Positions 25,889-34,584 of a DNA stretch of 64,000 nucleotides are shown here, piece by piece (the stretch's first letter is position 1; each line of letters begins with the position of its first letter). Origin of the DNA: a virus (lineage: Duplodnaviria; Caudoviricetes). Location of the stretch: IMG/VR virus record IMGVR_UViG_3300025679_000005; one strand, given 5' to 3'. The position numbers were made by a program, and so were the translations under genes. The notes under the pieces were generated by a model that made no database searches, had not been told where the DNA came from, and saw nothing but the letters and a program-made list of their open reading frames with translations.

Positions 25889-27736
25889 ATGGCTGAATTC
25901 AAAGTGAAAAAGGGAGCACTCTCCGTAGTGCTTCTCGCCGTCGTCGGAATCTTCGGCGGTCGTTACGCATACACACATGGCTACTTGGGCCCAGCTACGG
26001 CGGCATCGGCCTCCATCCCCCAGGTGGCAACACTCCCGGAACTGCCCACAGCGCCGGAAACCGTCAACACCGCAGCCCTGAACGTGGCGCCTCTCCCGCA
26101 ACCCGGCGAGGCCATCGCGGTCGTCAATGCTCCGCTGCTTCGGGTGGCTTTCATGGCCTGGAACGCCCAGTTCGCCGGCCCCTACGCCAATGGTGGCCCC
26201 CTCACCACTCAGGGGAGCCTCATGGAGAAGCACGGGGTCAACCTGAAGCTCTTCCGTGAAGACGATGACGGGAAGATGCAGACGGCCCTGGTGGACTTTG
26301 CTGCTGCTCTCGCAAAGGGAGATCCACAGCCGACTGCCGGCTACCCGTTCATGTCCGACATGGGCGATGGCGGGGCAGTGATCGTGGCCAACATCAACAG
26401 CTTGGTCGACAAGCTGGGCCTAGGTCCACAATATCACGCGGAAATCATCGACGCACTTGGTTTCTCCCGTGGTGAGGACAAGCTCATGGGGCCGGCTGAG
26501 TGGTTGACGAATCCGAAAGCAGCTCGTGGCTCGCTCATCTCGGTAGCGCTTCGTAGCGGCGACTGGAACATTGTCATGAAGTGGGCCAGCGACAACCAGA
26601 TCAAGGTCAATCCGAACGAGAAGGTGTACGATCCGTCGGCCATCAACTTCTTCGCGGCTGACGACTTCATAAAGGCTGGCGAAGCCTGGATCAATGGCGG
26701 CGCGTTTCCACTACCAGGCGTCTGCGTAGATCTCCCAGTGGTTATCGACGGGAAACGAAACGGCGAGACCAAGCATGCTTGCGTGAACGCCGTATCGTCT
26801 TGGACCCCGGTCGATGTGAACGTGGCCAAGCAGAAGGGTGGTCTAGTCAAGATCGTCTCGACCAAGGAGTACCGCAGTCAAATGCCGGCCGTAATCATCG
26901 GCATCAAGAAGTACGACTTGGACAATCGCAAAGAGATCGACGGATTCGTAGCGGCCTGCTTCGAGGGGGCCGACCAGATCAAGGCATTCCCCGAGGCTCA
27001 GCAACGTGCTGCCATTGCTTCCTGGGAGGTCTACAACAAGGAAGAAAGCCCGGCATACTGGCTGAAGTACTACAAGGGTGCGACTGAGCCGGACAAGACT
27101 GGTGTCATGGTGGAATTGGGTGGTTCAGCCATCAACAACCTCCAGGATACAATGCAGCTCTTCGGCATGGTCCCTGGGTCGGCCAACGTGATGGCGGCAG
27201 TGTACACGACTTTCGGCGACATCGTGCACATCCAGTATCCGAAGCTCGTTCCTAGCTACCCCCCAATCAGCGATGTCCTCAATACGTCCTTCATTCAAGA
27301 TGTGGCGAAGACTTCGGAGTCGAAGACGGTTGCTGACCTGCCGGTATACCAAGCAACGGCAACAACCGGTATCAAGAACGTGGTTTCGGCCCGCTCTTGG
27401 CACATCAACTTCGCCACGGGCAAAGCGGACTTCTCACCCGATTCGATGAAGCAGCTTCGCGAGTTGCGTGACGGCCTCCTCATCGCTGATGAGTTGTCCA
27501 TCAATATCGGCGGACACACCGACAATACTGGGGATCCCGCGAACAATCTCGTGCTGTCCAAGGCCCGCGCTGAAGCCGTCAAGGCCTGGCTCATGGGGCA
27601 ATCGACGGCACACTTCCCAGCCCGCCGCTTCGTCAACATCGACGGATTCGGCGACACCAAGCCCCTGCCCGGTTCCGACAACGACGAGGCGAGCCGTGCG
27701 CTCAACCGTCGTGTCGAGATCACGCTGGGTACCTGA
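25889..27736 (+). CDS. ABC substrate-binding protein (NMT1/SsuA-like) fused to C-terminal OmpA-like peptidoglycan-binding domain
   Basis: N-terminal anchor; SBP-like core; INFATGKA...IGGHTDNTGDPANNLVLSKARAEAVK...GFGDTKP...NRRVEI. Confidence 0.9.
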   Translation: MAEFKVKKGALSVVLLAVVGIFGGRYAYTHGYLGPATAASASIPQVATLPELPTAPETVNTAALNVAPLPQPGEAIAVVNAPLLRVAFMAWNAQFAGPYANGGPLTTQGSLMEKHGVNLKLFREDDDGKMQTALVDFAAALAKGDPQPTAGYPFMSDMGDGGAVIVANINSLVDKLGLGPQYHAEIIDALGFSRGEDKLMGPAEWLTNPKAARGSLISVALRSGDWNIVMKWASDNQIKVNPNEKVYDPSAINFFAADDFIKAGEAWINGGAFPLPGVCVDLPVVIDGKRNGETKHACVNAVSSWTPVDVNVAKQKGGLVKIVSTKEYRSQMPAVIIGIKKYDLDNRKEIDGFVAACFEGADQIKAFPEAQQRAAIASWEVYNKEESPAYWLKYYKGATEPDKTGVMVELGGSAINNLQDTMQLFGMVPGSANVMAAVYTTFGDIVHIQYPKLVPSYPPISDVLNTSFIQDVAKTSESKTVADLPVYQATATTGIKNVVSARSWHINFATGKADFSPDSMKQLRELRDGLLIADELSINIGGHTDNTGDPANNLVLSKARAEAVKAWLMGQSTAHFPARRFVNIDGFGDTKPLPGSDNDEASRALNRRVEITLGT

Positions 27737-27742
27737 GGACCT

Positions 27743-27772
27743 AGCCCGGAGTTGGACAGCCGACTCCGGGCT
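27743..27772 (+). terminator. Strong hairpin between binding-protein and permease genes
   Basis: AGCCCGGAGTTGG-acag-CCGACTCCGGGCT followed by CCTCTTTT. Confidence 0.7.
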
Positions 27773-27865
27773 CCTCTTTTCCGTGGGGATCATTTGGCGT
27801 CCCCTCGACTACACGCCAACAACACCCGCTCAGGGGTTCCAATACTGTGACCTCCTAGGGACTAA

Positions 27866-28645
27866 ATGATTGACGCCTTACGACCCAACCGCTCGATAAC
27901 CGGGAAAGCCTGGCTGATCGTGGCTTTGACCTGGACTGCTTTGCTGCTGATTGCCTGGTCTCTAGGCGCCGCTTATCTTATCCCATCCCCGCTACAGATT
28001 CTGTACGCTTTGGGGCGTCTCATCCAAGAGGACGGGCTGCTCTTTGAGCTGTGGGCCAGCTTCAAGGTGAATGCTGCTGCCCTCTGTATAGCGACAGCTA
28101 TTTCCTTCTCTCTTTCGTACTTGATGGTCGTTCCAGCTTTACGACCCGCCGCCCTTATCTTGGGAAAGGCACGGTTCTTCGGGTTGGCCGGCTTCGTCGT
28201 AGTCTTTACCCTCGCATTCGGCGAAGGCACGGGCTTGAAGATCGCCCTGCTCACCTTCGGAAGCGCCGTTTTCCAGGTAACATCAATGTGCGCAGTCGTT
28301 GCTTCGATCCCTGGCTCGGAGTTCGATCACGCCCGGTCTCTCCGCATGGGCGAATGGCGTATTGTCTGGGAGATTGACATCTTGAGTAGAGCCCATGAGG
28401 GTTTCGAGGTGATCCGTCAGAATGCCGCCATGGGATGGGTCATGTTGACGGTCGTCGAGGGACTAGTCCGCTCTGGAGGTGGGGCCGGCGTCTTGATGAT
28501 CGACTACGGCAAGCATTTCATGCTGGACAAGGTCTTCGCCATCCAGCTCTCTATCTTTGCCATTGGCACAGCCCAGGACGCATTCATCTCCTGGCTAAAG
28601 AACGTCTTCTGCCCCTACTCTCTTCTGACCACGGAGCGTCGGTGA
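27866..28645 (+). CDS. ABC transporter permease (NitT/TauT-like)
   Basis: Multiple TM helices, LIPSP, EAA-like loop FDHARSLRMGEWR, VVEGLVRSGGGAG. Confidence 0.85.
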   Translation: MIDALRPNRSITGKAWLIVALTWTALLLIAWSLGAAYLIPSPLQILYALGRLIQEDGLLFELWASFKVNAAALCIATAISFSLSYLMVVPALRPAALILGKARFFGLAGFVVVFTLAFGEGTGLKIALLTFGSAVFQVTSMCAVVASIPGSEFDHARSLRMGEWRIVWEIDILSRAHEGFEVIRQNAAMGWVMLTVVEGLVRSGGGAGVLMIDYGKHFMLDKVFAIQLSIFAIGTAQDAFISWLKNVFCPYSLLTTERR

Positions 28646-28950
28646 TGAACCCTTACATGGCAATTGCTCTATTGATCTTCGTTGTGTTGGTAGCCTGGCC
28701 GACCAACATGACTCGAGGCGACTCGGTGGTTGGCTCCCTCTTTCTGGCCGTAATCTGGCCCACCCTCTTGATCGTATCAGGCTACCTTTTCATCAAGAAG
28801 TACGTGTTCAAGCGATCCGGACTCAGCGGATCTGAAGTCGGCTCTGAGCTTGAGATTCTAGGGGCTCTGGTAATGACCGGCGGATTACTGTCTCTGAGCT
28901 TAGTCTACCCGCACAACCCCGTCGTAGCTTTCCTAACGAGGCCCTTCTGA
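28645..28950 (+). CDS. Small membrane protein within ABC operon
   Basis: 101 aa, three hydrophobic segments, TGATG-coupled on both sides. Confidence 0.6.
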   Translation: MNPYMAIALLIFVVLVAWPTNMTRGDSVVGSLFLAVIWPTLLIVSGYLFIKKYVFKRSGLSGSEVGSELEILGALVMTGGLLSLSLVYPHNPVVAFLTRPF

Positions 28951-30806
28951 TGGCCCCTTTTGCTTACGATCTCAAGAACGTCCTAGTCTCGATCGACAAC
29001 ATCTCGCTCAAATTCGACGACAAGGTCATCCTCAAGCCGATCACGATGCAGGTCAGGGACATCGTCAGAACAGGGGTCTGCCAGGGACAGGTCATCGGAA
29101 TCCTGGGCCCAAGCGGGATTGGCAAGTGCTTAGCCAAGGGCACCTCGGTACTCATGTTCGACGGCACTCTAAAAAAAGTCGAAGATGTTCGCATTGGGGA
29201 CGCTCTAATGGGACCTGACTCAAAGCCTAGGAACGTGCTAGACTTAGGCCATGGTTACGACCACAACATGTATAGGATTCAACCCACAAAGGGGGAATCC
29301 TTCACTGTCAACTCTCCACACATTCTCGCGCTACACTTGGGTAAAAGCAAGAGAAGCAAAGCCAAGTATGTAGAAGTGTCGGTGGCCGACTACCTGGGAA
29401 AGAGCCGTACCTTCAAGGCCAGGACCCGCCTGTATCGCGTGGGTATAGACTTCCCAGAACAAGAAGTCCCTGTTGATCCTTATTTTTTTGGCCTGTGGCT
29501 AGGAGATGGAAGTTCTGACAGCACTGCCATTACTAATCAGGACCCAGAAGTCTTTGAAGCCGTTGAAGCGTTCGCGCTAGCCGTAGGGGCTGAGTCTCAC
29601 AGGGTTGACCCGAAAAACAGGTGCTCACGGATCTCGGTTCACAACAATTACAGTAAGAAGCCTGGGACTGTACTCAAAGCATTAAGACTGACAGGTGCCT
29701 TGAACAACAAGCATGTCCCTTTGAAGTACAAGGCTAACAGTCGTGATGTGCGCCTTCAACTGTTAGCTGGAATCATCGATAGCGATGGGGGTATCGCTGG
29801 TGCCAATTGTTACGAGGTGTCTTCCAAGCACAAGCATCTGGCAGACGACTACTGCTATATAGCTAGGTCCTTAGGCCTTGCCGCTTACTGCAAGTCAGCC
29901 TTCAAGAAATGCCAAACTGGCAAGGGTGGTATCTACCATCGCGTTACTATTTCCGGACATGTGGACGAGATCCCTGTAAGGATTGCCCGTAAAATCGCGA
30001 AGCCTCGTAAGCAGATCAAGGATGTATTGCGAACAGGCTTTACTGTCCACAACGAGTGGTATGGGGAGTATTTTGGATTTGAACTGGACGGTGATGGATT
30101 GTTTCTATTGAGCGACTTCACTGTAACTCACAATACACAATTCAGCAGGATCCTCGCAGGTCTTCAAAAACCGACCACAGGCGCGGTCACTGTCGAAGTG
30201 GACCTTCCAGGTGGCGGGGTCGCCCAAAAGACCGTAGGAGCCGGCCTCGTGGGCATGGTGGCCCAAGACTACCCTCTGTTCAAACACAGGACAATCGAGG
30301 GCAACCTCCTAGTAGCCCTCGAGCATACCAAAGCCTCGAAGAAGGACCGCCTGCTCAAAGTCTACGAGTACCTGAACAGGTTTGGCCTAGCCGACAAGGC
30401 TCGTCTCTACCCTGCTCAGCTCTCAGGTGGCCAAAAGCAGCGGGTGAGCATCATCCAAGAGCTTCTTTCCTCCGAGCACTTCCTGATCATGGACGAGCCT
30501 TTCACTGGGCTTGACCCGATCAACAAGGACTTGGCTTGTGAACTCATCCTTCAGGTCTCGCACCTGGACGAAAAGAACACCCTGTTCATCGTCGCCCACG
30601 ACATTGCATCCCTCGTGACCGTATCCGACCAGCTCTGGCTCTTTGGCCGAGACAGGGACGCAGCGGGTAACCCCGTCCCAGGCGCTTACATCAAAAAGCA
30701 GTACAACCTGGTGGACCTGGGGTTTGCCTGGCATGAGGGGATCAGCGCTACCCGCGAGTTCTCCGAGTTCTGCAACGCCGTCAAAGAAGAATTCCGATTC
30801 CTGTGA
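28950..30806 (+). CDS. ABC transporter ATP-binding subunit containing an intein
   Basis: Spliced Walker A GPSGIGK|T, Q-loop VAQD, LSGGQ signature, LIMDEPF, AHD. Confidence 0.92.
   Translation: MAPFAYDLKNVLVSIDNISLKFDDKVILKPITMQVRDIVRTGVCQGQVIGILGPSGIGKCLAKGTSVLMFDGTLKKVEDVRIGDALMGPDSKPRNVLDLGHGYDHNMYRIQPTKGESFTVNSPHILALHLGKSKRSKAKYVEVSVADYLGKSRTFKARTRLYRVGIDFPEQEVPVDPYFFGLWLGDGSSDSTAITNQDPEVFEAVEAFALAVGAESHRVDPKNRCSRISVHNNYSKKPGTVLKALRLTGALNNKHVPLKYKANSRDVRLQLLAGIIDSDGGIAGANCYEVSSKHKHLADDYCYIARSLGLAAYCKSAFKKCQTGKGGIYHRVTISGHVDEIPVRIARKIAKPRKQIKDVLRTGFTVHNEWYGEYFGFELDGDGLFLLSDFTVTHNTQFSRILAGLQKPTTGAVTVEVDLPGGGVAQKTVGAGLVGMVAQDYPLFKHRTIEGNLLVALEHTKASKKDRLLKVYEYLNRFGLADKARLYPAQLSGGQKQRVSIIQELLSSEHFLIMDEPFTGLDPINKDLACELILQVSHLDEKNTLFIVAHDIASLVTVSDQLWLFGRDRDAAGNPVPGAYIKKQYNLVDLGFAWHEGISATREFSEFCNAVKEEFRFL
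29127..30134 (+). mobile_element. Intein (336 aa) with LAGLIDADG homing endonuclease in Walker A motif
   Basis: Begins CLAKGT, ends VTHN, +1 residue T; internal LGLWLGDGS and LLAGIIDSDGG. Confidence 0.92.
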
Positions 30807-30816
30807 AAGTACGACC

Positions 30817-31047
30817 ATGACTCAATTCAAAATCCCACTGAGCCCCGAAGCCTGGTGTATGTGCTGTAGTGGCACAGGTGAACTCGAAGAGGTCCAGTAT
30901 GTCGGGTACTTTACCCTACCGCATCTGACCACCGTCAAAACAGGAGCGGTGAGGCCCTGTGGTGGCTGCAACGGAACCAAAGTCAGTGTCCGAGCCCAGA
31001 AGTGGCGTGTCGAAAGCAATTACGATGCACAACAACCCAACACCTGA
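30817..31047 (+). CDS. Small DnaJ-type Zn-finger (CxxCxGxG) protein
   Basis: CMCCSGTG...CGGCNGTK. Confidence 0.6.
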   Translation: MTQFKIPLSPEAWCMCCSGTGELEEVQYVGYFTLPHLTTVKTGAVRPCGGCNGTKVSVRAQKWRVESNYDAQQPNT

Positions 31048-31408
31048 GCTTGACTACTCTGTAGAAGAGCGGGCGGAGATGATCACGCGGATGAAGCTCG
31101 CGTCCAACATCTTCTATTCGAACGCCGTCAAGATCGGGAATCATCCATGGATCGAGTTCACCGGCCTTCTAAACGAGTACATCAAGATGTGCGAGCAGGC
31201 TCAGGCCCAAGGCATCGACTTCCCGAACGCCAACGCCCACAGCGGCATTGCCCTTCCCATGCGCACCTTCGAAGCCGCTTACATCGGTGAGAAGCTAGGC
31301 TGCATCTTCGGCCCGTCTCTCCAGAAGCCGGAGAATGGACGAGCCTTCCTCGAAAAGGTCGGACTGCCGATCCCAGAACTTTTCCGTATACCCTCTCCTG
31401 AAAGATGA
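31025..31408 (+). CDS. Hypothetical protein
   Basis: 127 aa from MHNNPT. Confidence 0.65.
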   Translation: MHNNPTPELDYSVEERAEMITRMKLASNIFYSNAVKIGNHPWIEFTGLLNEYIKMCEQAQAQGIDFPNANAHSGIALPMRTFEAAYIGEKLGCIFGPSLQKPENGRAFLEKVGLPIPELFRIPSPER

Positions 31409-31456
31409 GGGTAATCCAAAAGGAAAGGGACCCCGTCCTCATTGGGGCAGTTCAAA

Positions 31457-31864
31457 ATGAGGCGCCAACTACCCTTGGTGGTCATTGCAAGCGGTACCTT
31501 GGCACGTGAGAGACCGATGAAGCAACTCCCCCTTCCTGGTGTAAACCTTGGTCCAAAGGTCGTGCGTTTACCCGCTGAGATATATTGGGGTGGGCTATCC
31601 CCGGGTGATTGGAGCCTAAATAATGGCAAGGGCTCCACTTTCTGCACTAACCACCCTGAGACCTCCGAGCAGCTCCTTCAGCGTAGCCCCTACCAGGTAT
31701 GGGACTTCTACGGGAGGGACATCATCGCCAAAGTTCAAGTGGTATACACCCCAGAGGGGCACGTCTGGCAGCTGACTCTACGAGAGCCACACAATGACGA
31801 CATCTACGATTACTGGCGCTTTATACGATCCCCCTCCCATCCCGACCAAGTGCGAGCGCTGTGA
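31457..31864 (+). CDS. Hypothetical protein
   Basis: 135 aa ORF. Confidence 0.55.
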   Translation: MRRQLPLVVIASGTLARERPMKQLPLPGVNLGPKVVRLPAEIYWGGLSPGDWSLNNGKGSTFCTNHPETSEQLLQRSPYQVWDFYGRDIIAKVQVVYTPEGHVWQLTLREPHNDDIYDYWRFIRSPSHPDQVRAL

Positions 31865-32066
31865 CTCGACCGAAGATGTACAGTGTGAGGACTCTCGAAC
31901 TATGTATGCGGTCACACCCCTGAGTCAATGGGAACGCTTGGCATTGGACAATCCACTGGATCCCCCCGACCCAAACGCTCCCAGCTACTTGTGTAGGGAG
32001 TGTGCCAAAGAGCACCACGAGTATTGGGATGAGATGTGGTCCCATGTCAACGGTAGTTACCTATGA
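31794..32066 (+). CDS. Zn-finger protein with internal SQWERL insertion
   Basis: CERC...(LSQWERLALDNPLDPPDPN)...CREC. Confidence 0.65.
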   Translation: MTTSTITGALYDPPPIPTKCERCDSTEDVQCEDSRTMYAVTPLSQWERLALDNPLDPPDPNAPSYLCRECAKEHHEYWDEMWSHVNGSYL

Positions 32067-32614
32067 GTTACGTCTACTTTATTGCAGGCATTGGCAAGAA
32101 CGACAAGATCGTTGCTATCAGCCTGGGGGTCGCCCGAAATCCGGAGGTAGTAATCGCTGCTTGGAAGGACACCATGCCTTTCGGCCTAAAGATTATGGCC
32201 TTGCAGGAAGGGACTGCTGAAAAGCTCGAAGAACTCGAAAAGGAGTTCCGACCAGATCTCATTAACGGCTCCTGGTATAAGCCATCCGAGTCTTTGCTAG
32301 AGTACATCAAGGGATTGGCGCCGCTGACCCCTAATGTGCACACAACCAGAGTGTCCTTGGACCTGAATCCAGAGGAACTGGCCTCAGTGGAACGTCTGGC
32401 AGAGACTCAAAAGATCCCAAGCAAGGCCGCATTCATCCGCCAGGCCCTCCGCTTCTATGGTCTACTTGTAGACCATAAGGATAGGGGGTTCCTCATTCAG
32501 GCAGTACGAGGGGGCACTCTCCTCCAATTCCCCGAACTCAACGTTCCCTATCCCCAAGTCATACGGGAACACAAGACTGTCAAACGAAAGAAACTACGTA
32601 GAAAGCATGGATAG
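32063..32614 (+). CDS. GIY-YIG/T5orf172-like N-terminus fused to ribbon-helix-helix domain
   Basis: MSYVYFI...SLGVARNPE...GSWY; C-terminal RVSLDLNPEELASVERLA...SKAAFIRQAL. Confidence 0.6.
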   Translation: MSYVYFIAGIGKNDKIVAISLGVARNPEVVIAAWKDTMPFGLKIMALQEGTAEKLEELEKEFRPDLINGSWYKPSESLLEYIKGLAPLTPNVHTTRVSLDLNPEELASVERLAETQKIPSKAAFIRQALRFYGLLVDHKDRGFLIQAVRGGTLLQFPELNVPYPQVIREHKTVKRKKLRRKHG

Positions 32615-32831
32615 GCGCATTATTTGTACGGGCTGTAGCTCCCCCTTCAACTTCAATGAAGCGGACCAGAAATACTACGAAGCTCAAGGATTCCAACCCC
32701 CAAAGCGTTGCCGGCAGTGCCGTGTAGAACGTAAGTCAAAGCCAAAGAGGCAGAAGCCGATCCCAATCAAGCCGGTGAAACGACGCGAACCGGAGATCAT
32801 CAGGCTTCGGCCTATGCTATCCTCGGGTTGA
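32607..32831 (+). CDS. Zinc-ribbon domain protein
   Basis: CTGCSSPFNF..ADQKYY..QGFQPPKRCRQCR. Confidence 0.8.
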   Translation: MDRRIICTGCSSPFNFNEADQKYYEAQGFQPPKRCRQCRVERKSKPKRQKPIPIKPVKRREPEIIRLRPMLSSG

Positions 32832-32834
32832 TCA

Positions 32835-33176
32835 ATGTCTGAGCTTGAATTCTTGGAGACCCTGTATGAGATGAACGGTGAAGGCGAGTCTAAAATAGAC
32901 GCGACCCTTGACCACATCTTTCAGTGGACTAACACGCAGTTCAGCTCGGGCAAATTCGCCGTCGTTGATTCGATGTTGGCCATGATCGACCCGCAGTACT
33001 TCGGGGAAGACCTGATTGTTGGACTGATCCTTTCTACTTACCCTGGCCGGGACGAACTCCAGCAGTGGGAGGAGTTCGTCTCTCGTTGCAGGTACCAACT
33101 AGATGGCCTCCTAGGACCCGTGGTGGCAAGCGTGATTTTCAGCCAGCTGGACCTGAAGCTGTCGGGATCGGTGTAG
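32835..33176 (+). CDS. Hypothetical protein
   Basis: 113 aa, acidic and helical. Confidence 0.6.
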   Translation: MSELEFLETLYEMNGEGESKIDATLDHIFQWTNTQFSSGKFAVVDSMLAMIDPQYFGEDLIVGLILSTYPGRDELQQWEEFVSRCRYQLDGLLGPVVASVIFSQLDLKLSGSV

Positions 33177-33184
33177 TTAATGGC

Positions 33185-33733
33185 ATGGAGCCATACGCCA
33201 ATCGCGGTAAAATAGACTTGAAAGGGGTCCTCAAGCGGGATGCCAAAGCCCTTGATGACCTCATGTTCTGGGTCGCCAATCATGTGCACACCTTTGGGAG
33301 GGTCCTAATAGAGGGCCCTGACAACACACCCTACTTGCTACGGGTCTACTTGACCCCCAAGCGTAGCGGGGATAGTTGGTGGCCAGGAGTGTTCTTACAT
33401 CGGTTCTTCCGCTCGGACGCTGATAGGTGGCCTCATAATCACCCATGGTGTGATTCCATGAGTCTGATCCTCACCAATGGTTACCTGGAGAATCGTTGGG
33501 ACTTCAAGCTCAAGGCCTTCCGCAAGATCATGCGGAAACCGTTCCGGCTCAACTTCATCAAGGCCAACGACTTTCACAGGGTCGATTTGGTTGACACCGA
33601 GAATGGCTGCTGGACCCTGTTCATTGCCTTCCAGCGGTCCCAGAACTGGGGCTTCCTCAACTTGGAGACCGGAGAGGTCATCCCCCATCAAGACTATCTA
33701 CCGGCCGGCGCAGACGGCCTAGCTAACGACTAG
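33185..33733 (+). CDS. Cupin-fold protein
   Basis: LHRFFRSDADRWPHNHPW...GYLE...DFHRV; start 33185 is 9 nt after CGGTGTA. Confidence 0.75.
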   Translation: MEPYANRGKIDLKGVLKRDAKALDDLMFWVANHVHTFGRVLIEGPDNTPYLLRVYLTPKRSGDSWWPGVFLHRFFRSDADRWPHNHPWCDSMSLILTNGYLENRWDFKLKAFRKIMRKPFRLNFIKANDFHRVDLVDTENGCWTLFIAFQRSQNWGFLNLETGEVIPHQDYLPAGADGLAND

Positions 33734-33971
33734 ACTTGAACTTCACGGCTGTGAACGTTCCAACGCCGTAACCTAGGACGAAGCAGGCAGCTACTCGCCA
33801 ATCTCGGATGGACTCACCGATCCCAAGGACTTGGGCACAGCCAATGGCCATCGAGCACAAGGCAGTGGGAAGGGCTTTGTTGCGTTCCGAGAAGTGGACC
33901 CAGAAGACGCAGGCGGTCTCAATGACGAAGCCGCTAGCGAAGGCCAGGGGAGTGGCAACCCAAAGGTTCAT
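33723..33971 (-). CDS. Small membrane protein
   Basis: 82 aa from MNLWVAT, three hydrophobic helices; ATGA-coupled to the upstream gene. Confidence 0.65.
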   Translation of the reverse strand: MNLWVATPLAFASGFVIETACVFWVHFSERNKALPTALCSMAIGCAQVLGIGESIRDWRVAACFVLGYGVGTFTAVKFKSSR

Positions 33972-34516
33972 GTGGTCAGGTAGTCGAACGGGCCACGTAT
34001 TGCCGAGCACCCATCCGCCGCAATCTGAGCTGCCTTACGCAAAGCCTTCTCCGGCCTATTGATGGGTCTTTGAGCGGAAAGGGCTGCTGTCCCCGCTGCT
34101 ATGGCCACCGTGTGTCCAGCACCGTCCATGCCATCGGCTGACCGCCAAACCGAGAACTCCGAGTCTACGAAGTACAGCTTTCCACGTAAACCCGCTAGGA
34201 GCTGCCATTCTGTTTCTCCAGCCTCAGCAGCTTCTTTCGCATACCCTTCAGAGGTAAACAACGAACGTATGCTGTCGACCAGTTCTACGTTTACAGCACG
34301 GTCTACGTCATCCGCTGCCGATATTTTAGGGGCCCTCAGTTTGAACTTGAGTAGGGACATAGCCCGCCAGCAACCCGCCACCCCTAGCAGCCATTCCCCA
34401 GACCTGAACACCTTGGCATCTCGGACAACACGGGCTGCGTCACTGGAGTCCACGGAGATACGATCGCCGATCATATGGACTTTGCCACGATGTTCTAGGG
34501 CTAGAATGAGGGTCAT
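33968..34516 (-). CDS. HslV/proteasome-beta-like Ntn-hydrolase fold protein
   Basis: M-T2 start, MTLILAL...GDRISV...KVF...LLGVAG. Confidence 0.7.
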   Translation of the reverse strand: MTLILALEHRGKVHMIGDRISVDSSDAARVVRDAKVFRSGEWLLGVAGCWRAMSLLKFKLRAPKISAADDVDRAVNVELVDSIRSLFTSEGYAKEAAEAGETEWQLLAGLRGKLYFVDSEFSVWRSADGMDGAGHTVAIAAGTAALSAQRPINRPEKALRKAAQIAADGCSAIRGPFDYLTT

Positions 34517-34584
34517 TTAGGTTGATCCTGACGTGTTTGAGGGGTTCTGTCCAAGGCCTGAACGAAACCCCTCAATTCACAGGG

